Shown here: piece after piece, positions 39,175-50,001 of the stretch
Layout: every line of letters begins with the position of its first letter
Position numbering within the stretch: position 1 is the first letter of the stretch
Source of the DNA: a virus
Lineage: Duplodnaviria; Caudoviricetes
DNA length: 64,000 bases
Strand: one strand, 5' to 3'
Virus record (IMG/VR): IMGVR_UViG_3300029267_004155
The notes under the pieces: model-generated
The model's input: the letters and a program-made list of their open reading frames with translations, nothing else
The model's database searches: none
What the model was told of the DNA's origin: nothing
Translations under genes and position numbers: made by a program

Positions 39175-40290
39175 ATGGCGACGGTGACGTGCTACCGGGT
39201 CGAGAGGGACGTGCACGCCTCCCCGTTGGGGGGCATGCTGAGGAAGGGGACCGGCCTGGAGGTCGGTGCCGACTTCGTGAGGGTCGGCGGCCGGGAGATC
39301 GGAGGCGAGCAGGCGGCCTTGTTCGTGGGGAGGCTCCTCGCGAAGACCGACTTCCTGAAGGAGGTGGAGAGGCTGGACGACACGACCCTGGAGGCCGTCT
39401 CCGGGACAAGCGCCGTGTGGCCCGTCCTGGGGTGCCTGAGGGCGGCCGAGAGGTTCGTCGGGGCCGGGACCGGGGCCTGGCTGCCCTCCGACGACAAGCA
39501 GAGGGAGTTCATGGACATCTTCTCCGGGCATATCCCGACCGTGGACGTCCTTGAGGAGCGGGTCGGGTGCCTGGAGAGCCGGGCCGACTCTGACATCGCC
39601 CCGCTCAACCGGTGGCTCAGGGAGCGCGGCTTCACCATCGAGTTGACGGTCGACCCGGGGTCCGAGGGCTTCGCGGTCGCGTCGATCCTGGACGTGCTGT
39701 GCGAGTGGCTGGAGAGGGGGACCCGGAGGACCATCGAGAAGGCCGGGGCCTCCTACGACGCCGTGAGGCTGGATGAGGGTGTGAGCCTGGTCCAGCATCC
39801 GGACCTGCACGACCATCCCGTCGTCCGGATCGCGGCCAAGGGTGGCTACCGCGTCTGCATGACGGTGGCGTCGGGCATGCCGCCGGGGGACTTCGGACTC
39901 CACTCGAAGGTGAGGAGCCTCCGGTTCGCGGACGCCCCGGACTACCGCTACGAGGGCGTCGTCTTCCCGATGGTCTCCTATGACCGGCACGAGGACATCA
40001 GTTTCCTGTGCGGCCTGGTGGTCAGGTCCGGCGGGAAGGGCTGGCACGTGGCCGAGGCGGTTCAGCAGACGAGGTTCCGGATGAACGAGACGGGCGCCAG
40101 GGCCGAGAGCGCGGCGGCCATGAGCTTCAGGTGCTCCGCCGCTGGTGCCGCCCGTCCCCCGTACGTCCTGGACAGGCCCTTCATCCTGTGGATCGAGAGG
40201 GAGGACTTCCCGATCCCGCTGTTCACGGCGGTCTTCGCCGAGGACTCCTGGAAGGACCCGGGCAATCTGGACGACGTGAAGGTGGGGTGA
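39175..40290 (+). CDS. Serpin-like protein (C-terminal two-thirds)
   Basis: QQTRFRMNETGARAESAAAM (s5A/hinge), LDRPFILWI, PLF (serpin signature region). Confidence 0.72.
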   Translation: MATVTCYRVERDVHASPLGGMLRKGTGLEVGADFVRVGGREIGGEQAALFVGRLLAKTDFLKEVERLDDTTLEAVSGTSAVWPVLGCLRAAERFVGAGTGAWLPSDDKQREFMDIFSGHIPTVDVLEERVGCLESRADSDIAPLNRWLRERGFTIELTVDPGSEGFAVASILDVLCEWLERGTRRTIEKAGASYDAVRLDEGVSLVQHPDLHDHPVVRIAAKGGYRVCMTVASGMPPGDFGLHSKVRSLRFADAPDYRYEGVVFPMVSYDRHEDISFLCGLVVRSGGKGWHVAEAVQQTRFRMNETGARAESAAAMSFRCSAAGAARPPYVLDRPFILWIEREDFPIPLFTAVFAEDSWKDPGNLDDVKVG

Positions 40291-40293
40291 GTT

Positions 40294-42050
40294 ATGAACT
40301 GCATGGTGCATACCAAATGCAATCCGGGGACCGAGGTCTGGCGTGCGGCCATGGCCAAGGCTCTGGTCGTCGACCGCGAGGAGATGGACGAGGACGACGA
40401 GGATGCTTTCGAGGAGATGAACGAGAGGCTCGACGAGGCCCAGTTCTGTCCTCTTTGCGTCATCGAGCTGGATGATCGGGCCAGGGCTAATCCGTCTTCG
40501 GTCCTCAAGGTCCAGCTGGAGGCTGCCGAGAACGAGCTCAGGCGCCTCAGGGCGACGAGTGAGAAGAACGCCTCCGTCGTGGCCGCGGTGGTTGGCTTCA
40601 TCAAGGAGGCGACGGGCAAGGACGCCTGCGAGATGGCTTCTCAGAGGCACAAGGGTGGCCAGGGAGACCTTGCCAACATCATTCCCAACCTGCTTCACGA
40701 GGCCGTCCTGAAGAGGGTTCAGGACGGCATGGAGAGGTGTCGGGATCGTGAGAGGGCCGACATCTTGAGGGGGCATGGCTGATGGTCTCGGAGTGCGGCA
40801 AGTGCGAGAGGGCGGCGACGCACGAGTACGGCCATCCGGCGATCTGCCCCGGCTGCGGGGCGGAGCACATGCCGGACGAGTACCTGTCGGCGGTCTCGGT
40901 CTGGGAGCCGAGCACGATTTCCTGCGTGGAGCTGCCGTACAGCTTGACGAACTGGGGCCGGAGGCGGTTCATGGCGGATGCGTCCGCCATTGGCTATCAG
41001 GGCTTTCTCCTGCACCTTCTGGGCGACGGGGTCGTCACGGTCCCGTGGCTTGTCGAGGAAACCAGGTCCGAGTGGTTAGGCGCGCCTTCCGAGATGGCTA
41101 CGAGCAAGGCCGTCTTCTACCTGCCCTCGGGCCATGTGGCCATGATGATCGACGAGTGCGCGAAGCCGTCGCCGATTGGCCCCGGAATCCCGTTCCCGAT
41201 CACGATGCGGGCCAGGCGGAACGGCATCGACATCGCGGTCTACACCAACATGCAGATGGTCTGGAAGGAGGGGAAGGATGCCGGCGGCTGACTTCCCATC
41301 TGGCTGGCCGGTCAGATGCCCGGCCTGCGAGGGCACCTTCGCGTTCAGGTACGTCTCGGACCGGACGGGCAACGTCCGCCGGTACAGGTGCCACAAGTGC
41401 GGGGTCGGGTTCCTGGCGACCTGGAAGGGCAAGCCCATCCGGAGTTGTTTAGCGGAGCCGAGGAACACCAGCATGGAGAAGTGGGACTGGGCACGTATAG
41501 TTGAGGGAAGGGAGCTTCCGCCGGCGGGTGCGCTTCCGGTTCGGGATGAGGCGATCGAGGTGGAGGCTGTGGTGGTCGACGTGCCGGAGATGACTGACGG
41601 GACGCCGGCGGCGAAGGAGTTGGTCGAGCTTTACGGTCCGCGGTTGGCGGGCCTCTTGGAGGAGAGGACATGAGCAAGCTGAGCGAGAGTCTGGCGGCGG
41701 TGCTGGCCGCCGCCAGGGGCGTCGACGAGGAGGCCGAGGCCATCCTGGAGGCCATGGCCTTTCGGGGGTCGGACGTGCTGGAGGCCGTCATGAGGGGGGC
41801 GACGCTTCGCCTGATGGGAGATGGCCAGTCCTTCCCCGCCGCGGAGGCGAACGATTCCGTCCGGTCCTACCAGGTGCTGGTCTTCGACCCGAATGGCGAT
41901 ACTGTCAGGACGGTGGCCGAGGCGGACTCCTGGAAGAGGGGGAGGGAGGGAGATATGTCCTTCTTCCTGAGGGGCCGCAAGGTGGCCTGGTTCGCCCGGG
42001 TGGACCTCTGGCGCGTGATGCCGGAAGAGGACGAAGGGGTGGGGTCATGA
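40294..42050 (+). other. Four coupled hypothetical genes (40294-40782, 40782-41291, 41278-41673, 41670-42050)
   Basis: Overlapping starts/stops. Confidence 0.6.
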
Positions 42051-42349
42051 CCGTCGAAGACCATTTGCTCGTGTGTCTGGCGGAGGAGTGCGCCGAGGTG
42101 GGGCACCAGGTCTGCAAGGCCCTTCGCTTCGGCCTTGGGGATTGCAACCCGGTTGACGGGGGGACGAGCGCGAAGAGGATCGCCACTGAGCTGGCCCATG
42201 TCGTGGCGGTGGCCAGGATGCTGGAGGAGGACGACCTCATCCCGCCGGGATGGGACGACCACCTGTCCGATGCCGCTCAGGACAAGAAGGAGGCGGTCTT
42301 GAGATGGATGAAGTACGCGAAGGACAAGGGGAGGTTGGGCGATGGCTGA
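42047..42349 (+). CDS. MazG-like NTP pyrophosphohydrolase fold protein
   Basis: LAEECAEV..KALRFG..EL.H (last acidic residue replaced). Confidence 0.7.
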   Translation: MTVEDHLLVCLAEECAEVGHQVCKALRFGLGDCNPVDGGTSAKRIATELAHVVAVARMLEEDDLIPPGWDDHLSDAAQDKKEAVLRWMKYAKDKGRLGDG

Positions 42350-42878
42350 CGAGACGACCTGGAGAGAGGATCATCTGAGGCACGTCGAGAGGGTGCGCGA
42401 GCTGATCGGGGGTTTCATCGCCGAGCTGGCCGAGAGGGCCAGGGGCCACGACGCCAGCAAGCTGACGGACCAGTGCGAGCGGGAGGGCTTCAGCGGGGCC
42501 TTCCATCGGCTCCGGGGGCTGACCTACGGGAGCCCGGAGTACAAGGCGCAGCTGGAGGACCCGAAGGTGGGAGGGCCTCTGACGAGCGCCGTCCACCATC
42601 ACCGGGCGGCCAACCGGCACCATCCCGAGTTCCACGAGAACGGCGTCCTGGACATGGACCTGGTCGACCTCGACGAGATGTTCGCGGACTGGGTCTCGGC
42701 ATGCGACAGACACGACGACGGCGACATCTTCAAGAGCATCGAGCACAACGAGAAGCGGTTCGGCATGGGGCCTGTCCTGACGGCCGTCTTCGTGAACACG
42801 GCCCGGAGGATCAAGGCTCGGGAGGCCAGGATCTTGACGGACAACAAGAAGCCCTGCAAGGGCTGCGGGAAGGATTGA
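42342..42878 (+). CDS. HD-like hydrolase (DUF5662-type)
   Basis: H..V, HDASK, HH..NRHHPEFH, EMFADW. Confidence 0.8.
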   Translation: MADETTWREDHLRHVERVRELIGGFIAELAERARGHDASKLTDQCEREGFSGAFHRLRGLTYGSPEYKAQLEDPKVGGPLTSAVHHHRAANRHHPEFHENGVLDMDLVDLDEMFADWVSACDRHDDGDIFKSIEHNEKRFGMGPVLTAVFVNTARRIKAREARILTDNKKPCKGCGKD

Positions 42879-43080
42879 GCGATGTTCGAGGAAAAGATAC
42901 TCAAGCTGGAGGTCTGCCGGAGGGTCATGGCTCGCCGGGAGTTTGCCGACAGGTTTCATGATGGGAGTTGCGGGGGGAAGGTGATGAGACCTGGAAGCAA
43001 ATCAAGCCCGACAGGACTGACGATCAGTCACGAGCTTCGGATGCTGCAGGCTGCCGAGAAGCGCTTTGGTGATTTCCTGA

Positions 43081-43287
43081 TGGGCCTTCGACCACTACAA
43101 GAAGGGATGGCCCTTCTCCTACGACTCCGCGAGGGACGTGCGGACCGCGTGTGACGTATTGGGGTTCGACCGCAGCACCTTTGTTGTCGAGGGCCTGGGG
43201 GCTCACAACGCCCTCGACGACGCGAAGTACGCGGCGCTGTGCGTCCAGGCCGCGTTCAGGCAGGCGAAGGAGAGGGAGGTGAAGTGA
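43081..43287 (+). pseudogene. C-terminal fragment of a DEDDh 3'-5' exonuclease
   Basis: WPFSY..RDVRT..HNALDDA; in-frame TGA immediately upstream, no start. Confidence 0.7.
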
Positions 43288-44267
43288 TGCCGAAGAGAAT
43301 ACCGGTCAAGGTGGCCAGGGAGCTGGGCAAGAGTTTGGGGCTCGACCAGCTCATGCTGTTCGGGTGGGATCGTGAGACCGGGAAGGAGCATGTCGTCACC
43401 TGGGGCAGGACCCGGGAGGACTGCGACCAGATGGCCCAGTGCGGGAACTGGTTCAAGGAGAAGGCGCGGGGATGGCCTCACAACGAGTGCTGTGCCGAGC
43501 CGAGCCGGGTGAGGCGGCTCAAGGCCGAGGCGGTCGAGCTGAAGCGGAAGGTCGAGCGGTTGAAGGCGGAGCTTGGGAGACGTGACCCCTGCACCTGCGA
43601 CGAGATGGGCGACAGTCCTTGTCCGAGGCATGCCAGGGAGAACCGGCTCCAGGAAGCGCTTCTGAAGTTGCGGGAGGTGTGTTCCGAGGCCGAGAGAAAC
43701 GGCCATGGCGCCGACCGGATGGAGGAGCCGAGGCTCCCGTTCTCGGCTCCGACGAGCTCGATGGACACCATTCAGGCGAGGATCGAGGCCGAGGAGGACA
43801 AGGCCATGATGGGGTGTGCCGGGAAGTGCGGGGCGTGCGGGAACGCGGCGGCCGCGGCCTGGGACCGGAAGGACAAGGCCGCTCCTCCCGCGACGGACGG
43901 CGTGACCCTGTTCGTCTGCTCGTCAGTCGACGAGGATGTCGCGAGGATGAGGGAATGCCTGAGCCGGGGCAGGGAGTGGGTGTCCGAAACGGCGTCCAGG
44001 GTCACGTCCAAGAGGGGAGAGACCTTCGTCTTCAAGTGTTGGCACGAGGTTCTGCGCGGCTGCAAGGGGGTGGACGTCACGACGCTGGTCTGGTCGGACA
44101 GTGTCATGCTGGGCGACGAGTACGAGGAGGCCATCAGGCGTTCGGTCCTGCCGCTTCGGGAGGTGGGCGAGGCCGAGTTCTGGGCCGGCCTGCGGGTGGG
44201 GCCTGGCGTTTACAACCCGAACGCCGTCTCGAAGGTGGATATGTGGGGGGCCGACCGCGACGGATGA
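43287..44267 (+). CDS. Mosaic hypothetical protein
   Basis: GGAGG RBS; several unrelated-looking segments. Confidence 0.65.
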   Translation: MPKRIPVKVARELGKSLGLDQLMLFGWDRETGKEHVVTWGRTREDCDQMAQCGNWFKEKARGWPHNECCAEPSRVRRLKAEAVELKRKVERLKAELGRRDPCTCDEMGDSPCPRHARENRLQEALLKLREVCSEAERNGHGADRMEEPRLPFSAPTSSMDTIQARIEAEEDKAMMGCAGKCGACGNAAAAAWDRKDKAAPPATDGVTLFVCSSVDEDVARMRECLSRGREWVSETASRVTSKRGETFVFKCWHEVLRGCKGVDVTTLVWSDSVMLGDEYEEAIRRSVLPLREVGEAEFWAGLRVGPGVYNPNAVSKVDMWGADRDG

Positions 44268-44360
44268 CTATGCGCATGATAGATTGAAGGCAGCCGCGCG
44301 TCATGGCCTGGACGGGCTCATGAGGCGGAACGGAGGCGGGGTCCGGACACCAGAGGAGGC

Positions 44361-46030
44361 GTGACGATGGCTTTCGAGAGCAGAGAGGACTACATGGCGA
44401 GGATCGATCCTAAGACGTTGTCCAACCCTGGAAGCCATGTCGTCTCCGACGCGGACGGTCTGCTTGGGGTCTCCAGGGAGTCGATGCGGGCGGTCAGGAT
44501 CGAGGTGAACGGGGAGGTTCGGGGAAGCGTGATGCTGTGCTCCGAGCTGTCCGACGCGACCCTGGCCAGGAACCTGAGTTGGAACGACAGGCTCAACCTG
44601 GGCTACGGGGTCCTCGTCGACATGACGGCCGCGTCCGAGATCGTGGTGGACATGGCTGGCGGCATCGTTCAGGCGACGATATAGGGAGGGGATGGCGATG
44701 AGGTACGTGGAGGCAGAAGTGATGACGAGCCGGGAGTCGGTCGAGGCCCTCCGGGAGTTCCTGGGGCCCTTGGAGGGCGTCACCGTGCTCGCCTGCGATG
44801 ACCTGCAGAGGGCGACGAAGGGGCATGTCGCCTTCTACGAGGGCGACGACGGGGAGGAGCGGACGATCTGCTTCCAGTGGCGGTTCGCCAAGGTTCCCAT
44901 GGTGAAGGTCTACGACCGCAGGGAGTACGAGGAGGAGGAGCGTCTCAAGATCATCGGGATGCTGGAGAGCCTGGAACCTGATGATCCTGCCAGATCGCTT
45001 GAGCCTCCGACCTTCGAGGAGCTGATCGAGGAGTGCATGGGCGAAGGCTGGGTGAAGTGCGACGACCCGCAGAACAGGCGTATCGGGTTCGCCAAGTACG
45101 CCGAGCTGACAGGTGTCGCGGAGAGCAGCGTTCTTCTTTTCGACCTGTTAGACATCAAGGGTCTGGACAAGGGTCTTCGGGACCGGCTGATGGAATGGCG
45201 AGGAAAGAGGAAGGCGGGAGATTGACGATGGGGAGGTTTGGCCGCAAGGAGTTCATGGCCCAGCTCTTCGTGGTGGACTCCGTGGAGAACCGCGTTGTCG
45301 CCATGTGCGCGAAGAGTGACGATGCCGACATGGTCGTCAAGGCCCTGAACGCACGCGGGGGAGAGGCGGGGGCCGGCTCCCCGGCCGGGGAGTGCCCCCT
45401 GCAGGCGACTCATCGGCTCAGGAAGCCATTCCGGGATGCCGCGAGCCATGTCTCCATTCGGCGAGGGGCTCGGGCCTCGGTCTCTGGCAGCCGGGTGGCC
45501 TTTCTGGACAAGCGCGGCAACGTCAGGAGCGTTTCCTGTGGGAAGGGCGACAGTCGGAGCTGGTGCATGGTCTACGACGGGGCCTTCTTCGAGCCCTTGT
45601 CGGACTGGTTCGAGGAGCTGGGCTGATGCCTCCGAAGACGGTGACATGCGTGGTCTGCGGCCAGGAGGTCAGCAAGCGGAAGACGCTGCTGATCGAGGGA
45701 GGCCGGGCTTGCCGCGACCACGACGAGGTGAGGGCGTGGGAGGAGCTCCGGAAGCTGGAGTCCGACATGGCCGAGGTTGGCGAGAGTCTCAGGGTGATGG
45801 TGCTGGCGGCGGGGGTTCGGACGACCCACTCGCTTGCCAGGACGCCCGTGGAGACGCTGTATGGGCGCATATCGAGCCGCTGGGGCCTGTCCACGGCCGA
45901 GAGCGTGCGCAGGAAGGTGGACGAGCACGGAGGGCCTCTGATGACGGCCGTGGAGCTGTCTTCGGTCATCGCTGACGGCCTGATGATGAGGGCGAGGATG
46001 GCCAAGCTGGAAAAGGAGATGGAAGGATGA
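44361..46030 (+). other. Hypothetical genes 44361-44684, 44692-45225, 45228-45626, 45626-46030
   Basis: RBSs and tiling. Confidence 0.6.
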
Positions 46031-46566
46031 AGAGGGGTTTCAAGACGACGATCACGCAGGCCGCGGACGGCAACGTCGTGGCGAGGGTTGGGTGCAAGCT
46101 GTTCGTCGGAGCGCCGGCGGACCTGAAGGGGCTCGCCGCCTACTACGGGGGCGAACTGCCGAGGGGCTTCAAGCGCCTGATGGGCGGGATGGAGCCGTGG
46201 ATGGGAGGGGGGCCGGAGCCGTGTGGTTGCCAGTCGGCCGTTCCCTTGCGATGCCACGAGCTGTCGTGGGGCAAGTCGGTCGCGGCGGTGACGATGGCCG
46301 ACAACGGCTACGTGGTCCGGATGGGCGACGTCGACGTGGTCTTCAAGGCCGGGACGGACGTGGCGAGGGCGCTGGACGAGGTCTTCGAGGGGTTGGTCCT
46401 TTTCGGGGCCAGCGGGCGGCCGGAGTGCTGCGACGGCACCACGGGGCCGACGGGCACCACGGGGCCGACGGGCACCACGGGGCCGACGGGCACCACGGGG
46501 GCGGTCGAGGCTGAGGGCTCGGGTGGCGATCCTGGCGCCGTCTCCGGCGAGATGGGGGAGATATGA
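46027..46566 (+). CDS. Hypothetical protein with collagen-like (GTTGPT)n tail; paralogue of 55045-55452
   Basis: R.GCK..DLKGL..Y shared; 18-bp tandem repeat at 46435-46500. Confidence 0.7.
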   Translation: MKRGFKTTITQAADGNVVARVGCKLFVGAPADLKGLAAYYGGELPRGFKRLMGGMEPWMGGGPEPCGCQSAVPLRCHELSWGKSVAAVTMADNGYVVRMGDVDVVFKAGTDVARALDEVFEGLVLFGASGRPECCDGTTGPTGTTGPTGTTGPTGTTGAVEAEGSGGDPGAVSGEMGEI

Positions 46567-48452
46567 CTCGAACGAGATTTACCGAGGTGGAGGTGGCCGA
46601 CTCCGTGGCGGGGGTCGGCACGGCGTCGATCAAGGCCGAGGTGCCGATCGACCCGGACCTGCCGCCGGCGGAGGTGACGATAGACGTGGCGGTTCCGACG
46701 AGGGGCAAGAGGAGCGTGAGCGTCTGCGCCTGCGCCTCGGCTCCGCTGCCGCCGGGGGCCAACGCCTTGAAGGCGTGCGCCCTGATGCTGGAGGAGCTCG
46801 CCGCCAGGCTGTGGGCGGACCTGGAGCTGGCGCCGGACTTGGCGCCGTTGCTGAAGGAGTGACGTTATGCTTTGCGAGACGGTGAGGGAGTGGATGGACG
46901 CGATGAGGGGGCACGCGTGTCCCGAGTCGGTCGCGATGGCCGACCCGAGGAGGTTCGACCCGGACGACGATCCCGAGAGCGAGGAGGACGGGAAGGCGGC
47001 GCCGCGGATCGGGTACGTCTGCCGGGGGTGCGGGGAGTCGTTCGCCGTCCGTGGCTCCGTGCTCCAGGCCGACCCCAGCTTCGAGGGCGGCTTCAAGGAT
47101 TTGTTCGCCGGCGTCGACGGGAGGATGAGGCTGGCGGTCATGATGAGCGGGGCGCCTCCGGAGGCGCCCGGGGAGATGGCCGGAAAGCCCAGGGTGATGG
47201 CCTTCCCCAAGACGCCCGAGCCGGAGGGCAACCGGCAGGCCCGGAGGCTGCTCCAGTGGGAGAAGATGGACGACGACGGCTTCGAGTGGCGTGCGCCGGT
47301 GCCAGGTGGCTGGCTCGTCAAGACCATGGACAAGGTGGTTCATTTCGATGGTGGTTCGAGGCGGGATGGGGAGGACTGGAGGCCGAGCCTCGCCTTCGTC
47401 CCCGACCCCGGGCACGTCTGGGGGAAGTGACATGAGGTGGTTCGTCATTCATTCGGCTCCGGGGGATGTCCGTGGGTTTAAGAGCTTCCCCGAGGAGGCC
47501 AAGGCGGAGATGGAGGAGTGGATCGCCGGGAAGGTGACGGAGGGCCACCCCGCGACCGACTTCACGGTCGTCAGGGGCTGGCGGCACGCCGTCCGGCCGA
47601 GGACGGCGGTGGTGGGCGTCAAGGTGGGAAAGGCGGTGGGAGAGGTGATTGGCGACGACCCTCCCGGCCCGGAGCACAAGGACGGAAGATGACCATGAGT
47701 CCGGAGGAGATGGTGGCCGACGCGGCCAGGAGATGCGGGGTTCCGGAGGAGGAGCTTCGGAGCTACAGCTTTCCGAAGATGTTCGGGAGTGCGGCGGGGA
47801 CGGCCGGCGATCCTCGGGACGACGAGCCGCCGGAGCCTCCTCCGCCTCCGACGCTCTCGGCCGGCCAGTTCCGGGCTTCTCTTCCGACCTTCCGCCGGCG
47901 ACCTGGCCGGCACCCGCTGACCCGGTGGCTCCAGCGCAAGCATGGAGGGGGCCGGCGGTGAGCGTGACGGTCATGATGCGGACGGACGCCGGGGTCGTGG
48001 TCGAGGCCGAGGTGAAGGAGGGGGTCTTCATCCAGATGGGGACGGCTCTCGTTGCGGGGGAGGACGGGAAGGTCCGACCCATGAACAGGGACGACTTCCT
48101 CGGCGCCGTCGGTTTCTCCCTGGGCGTTTCCCCGGACGACGGCTCGGTGCAGGCCGGCGACGAGATTATTCTGCCGGAAACCTCCAGGGACTGACATGGC
48201 GCGGCGTATGCTAGGTGAAAGGCAGGAAGGAGTCAGGCGATGAACGAAGGTGAGATAAGGCAGTTGGCACAGCTGTTCGCACTCCAGGCCGAGATGCACG
48301 CCGTGGTGGCTGAGATTGAAGCTGTCAAGATAGTGGTTGCGAATCAGAAGATGCTGAGGAAGGGGGGAAGGCCTGTTTGTGACGAGAAGGCTTTCGAGAA
48401 GGCGAGGGACGAGCTGTTTTCCATAGCCCACGCCATGCGGACCAAGATATGA
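46563..48452 (+). other. Small hypothetical genes 46563-46862, 46867-47430, 47432-47692, 47689-47961, 47958-48194, 48240-48452
   Basis: RBSs and tiling. Confidence 0.55.
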
Positions 48453-49375
48453 CGGGAAGGAGTCCGGAGATGAGGTTCAAGACGAGGCGGATCGAGGTCG
48501 AGGCGACCCGGTGGTTCAGGAATGGCGACCATCCGGAGGACGAGTCGGTGCCGGTCGAGGATGACGGATCGGTTGTTCAGGGTAAGTGGGATGAGCTGAC
48601 CGAGGGCAAGGTGGTCAGACGGTTCAGACATCCGGGCCATCCGGGTCACGATCACTGTCCGATCTGCCACGAGGTCAATCATCTTCACGGTTGGATCGAC
48701 AGCGGTGGTGATGGTCAGACCGTCTGCCCGGGCGACTGGGTGGTGACGCTGCCGGGCGGCCAGAGGGTGGCGTGCCCGCACGCCTTCTTTTCGAAGGCCT
48801 ACCTGGTGCCCGAGGCGGAGGCCGGCCCGGAGTTCGCCGGCGGCGTGACGACCGCGGAGGCCAGCGTTAAAAGGGATGCGATGAAGGCCGCGCGCCAGCG
48901 CCAGGACGAGGAGCAGCGCTGGAAGGACGAGGGCCATGCCGTATGGCATCAGCACGGTGGGATGAAGCACGCGCCCCGGGTCGACCCGGAGGTGTTCGGA
49001 CCCCACTCATATCCGCACCAGGACGGAACGAGCGATTGCTCCCATGGGTGCGGTTGCTGGATGGGGCCTACCAGGAGCGGCGGCCCGGTTGATCCGATGG
49101 GGGCGTGCCCCGAGAACGTCAAGGCCGGCCAGGTGGTTGCCGAGAAAGAGCAGCTTGGTCCCGGCTCGGAGCCTGCCGGCCAGATTCCGTCGAGCGACAC
49201 GATCTGTGTCCCGGGCATCGAGTCCTGGTTCAAGCCTCCCGAGGAGCCGGCGAGCGATCCGGCGTACGTCAAGCACGTCCTCTGTAAGGGTGTCAGGTGC
49301 CACGTGCTGAGCTGGGACGAGAACGGGACGCGCTGCTCCGAGCCCAAGTGCATCGTGAATAGGAGGGACGAGTGA
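48449..49375 (+). CDS. Phage protein with EA.RW..NGDHP / PGDWV domain and Cys/His-rich tail
   Basis: Motifs in translation. Confidence 0.7.
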   Translation: MTGRSPEMRFKTRRIEVEATRWFRNGDHPEDESVPVEDDGSVVQGKWDELTEGKVVRRFRHPGHPGHDHCPICHEVNHLHGWIDSGGDGQTVCPGDWVVTLPGGQRVACPHAFFSKAYLVPEAEAGPEFAGGVTTAEASVKRDAMKAARQRQDEEQRWKDEGHAVWHQHGGMKHAPRVDPEVFGPHSYPHQDGTSDCSHGCGCWMGPTRSGGPVDPMGACPENVKAGQVVAEKEQLGPGSEPAGQIPSSDTICVPGIESWFKPPEEPASDPAYVKHVLCKGVRCHVLSWDENGTRCSEPKCIVNRRDE

Positions 49376-50001
49376 TGCCGGCTGTCAACCATCCCATGCA
49401 CGTGGGGATGCTCCGAAGGTGGAAGGACGACCCCAGGGGCGACCTGTACGGCTGCCAGTGGGGCGACCCGGAGGAGGGCCACGAGATCGTGACCCTCGCC
49501 AGGGACCACTACCTGCTGCCCTTGCTGGGGCCGTCCTCCACGGTGGTCGAGATAGGGCCGGGAGGGGGCAGGTGGACCAGGTACATGACGGGATGCAGGA
49601 AGGTCTACGCCGTCGATGTCTCCCGTGAGATGCTCGACGAGCTGGCGCGCTCGTTCCGGCATCCGTTCCTGGTGCCCGTCCTGGGTGGCGGCACGGACCT
49701 GGCCGGCGTGCCTGACGGCTGCGCCGACCTGGTCTGGTCGTATGACGTCTTCGTCCATCTGGAGCTGGACGCGATACGGGCCTACCTGAAGGAGATGTGG
49801 AGGGTGCTGAGGCGGGGCGGCCAGGGCGTCATCCACTACTCCGACAAGACCAAGCCGAATGGTTTGGCCAACACCGGCTTCTCCGACAACGACCCGGCGA
49901 GGATGAGGGCCGCGGTCGGGGATGCCGGCTTCCGGATCGTGGGCGAGAACGTGACCTGGAACCCGATGGGCGCGATAATCTGGTTCGAGAGGCCGGGATG
50001 A
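49372..50001 (+). CDS. Class I SAM-dependent methyltransferase
   Basis: VEIGPGGGRW, VDVS, SYDVFVHL, RVLRRGG. Confidence 0.88.
   Translation: MMPAVNHPMHVGMLRRWKDDPRGDLYGCQWGDPEEGHEIVTLARDHYLLPLLGPSSTVVEIGPGGGRWTRYMTGCRKVYAVDVSREMLDELARSFRHPFLVPVLGGGTDLAGVPDGCADLVWSYDVFVHLELDAIRAYLKEMWRVLRRGGQGVIHYSDKTKPNGLANTGFSDNDPARMRAAVGDAGFRIVGENVTWNPMGAIIWFERPG

Noticed and set aside
44361-44684. Another capsid-derived fragment (LSW..LGYGVL..A..IVV)
   Set aside because: Similarity too weak to support by eye.
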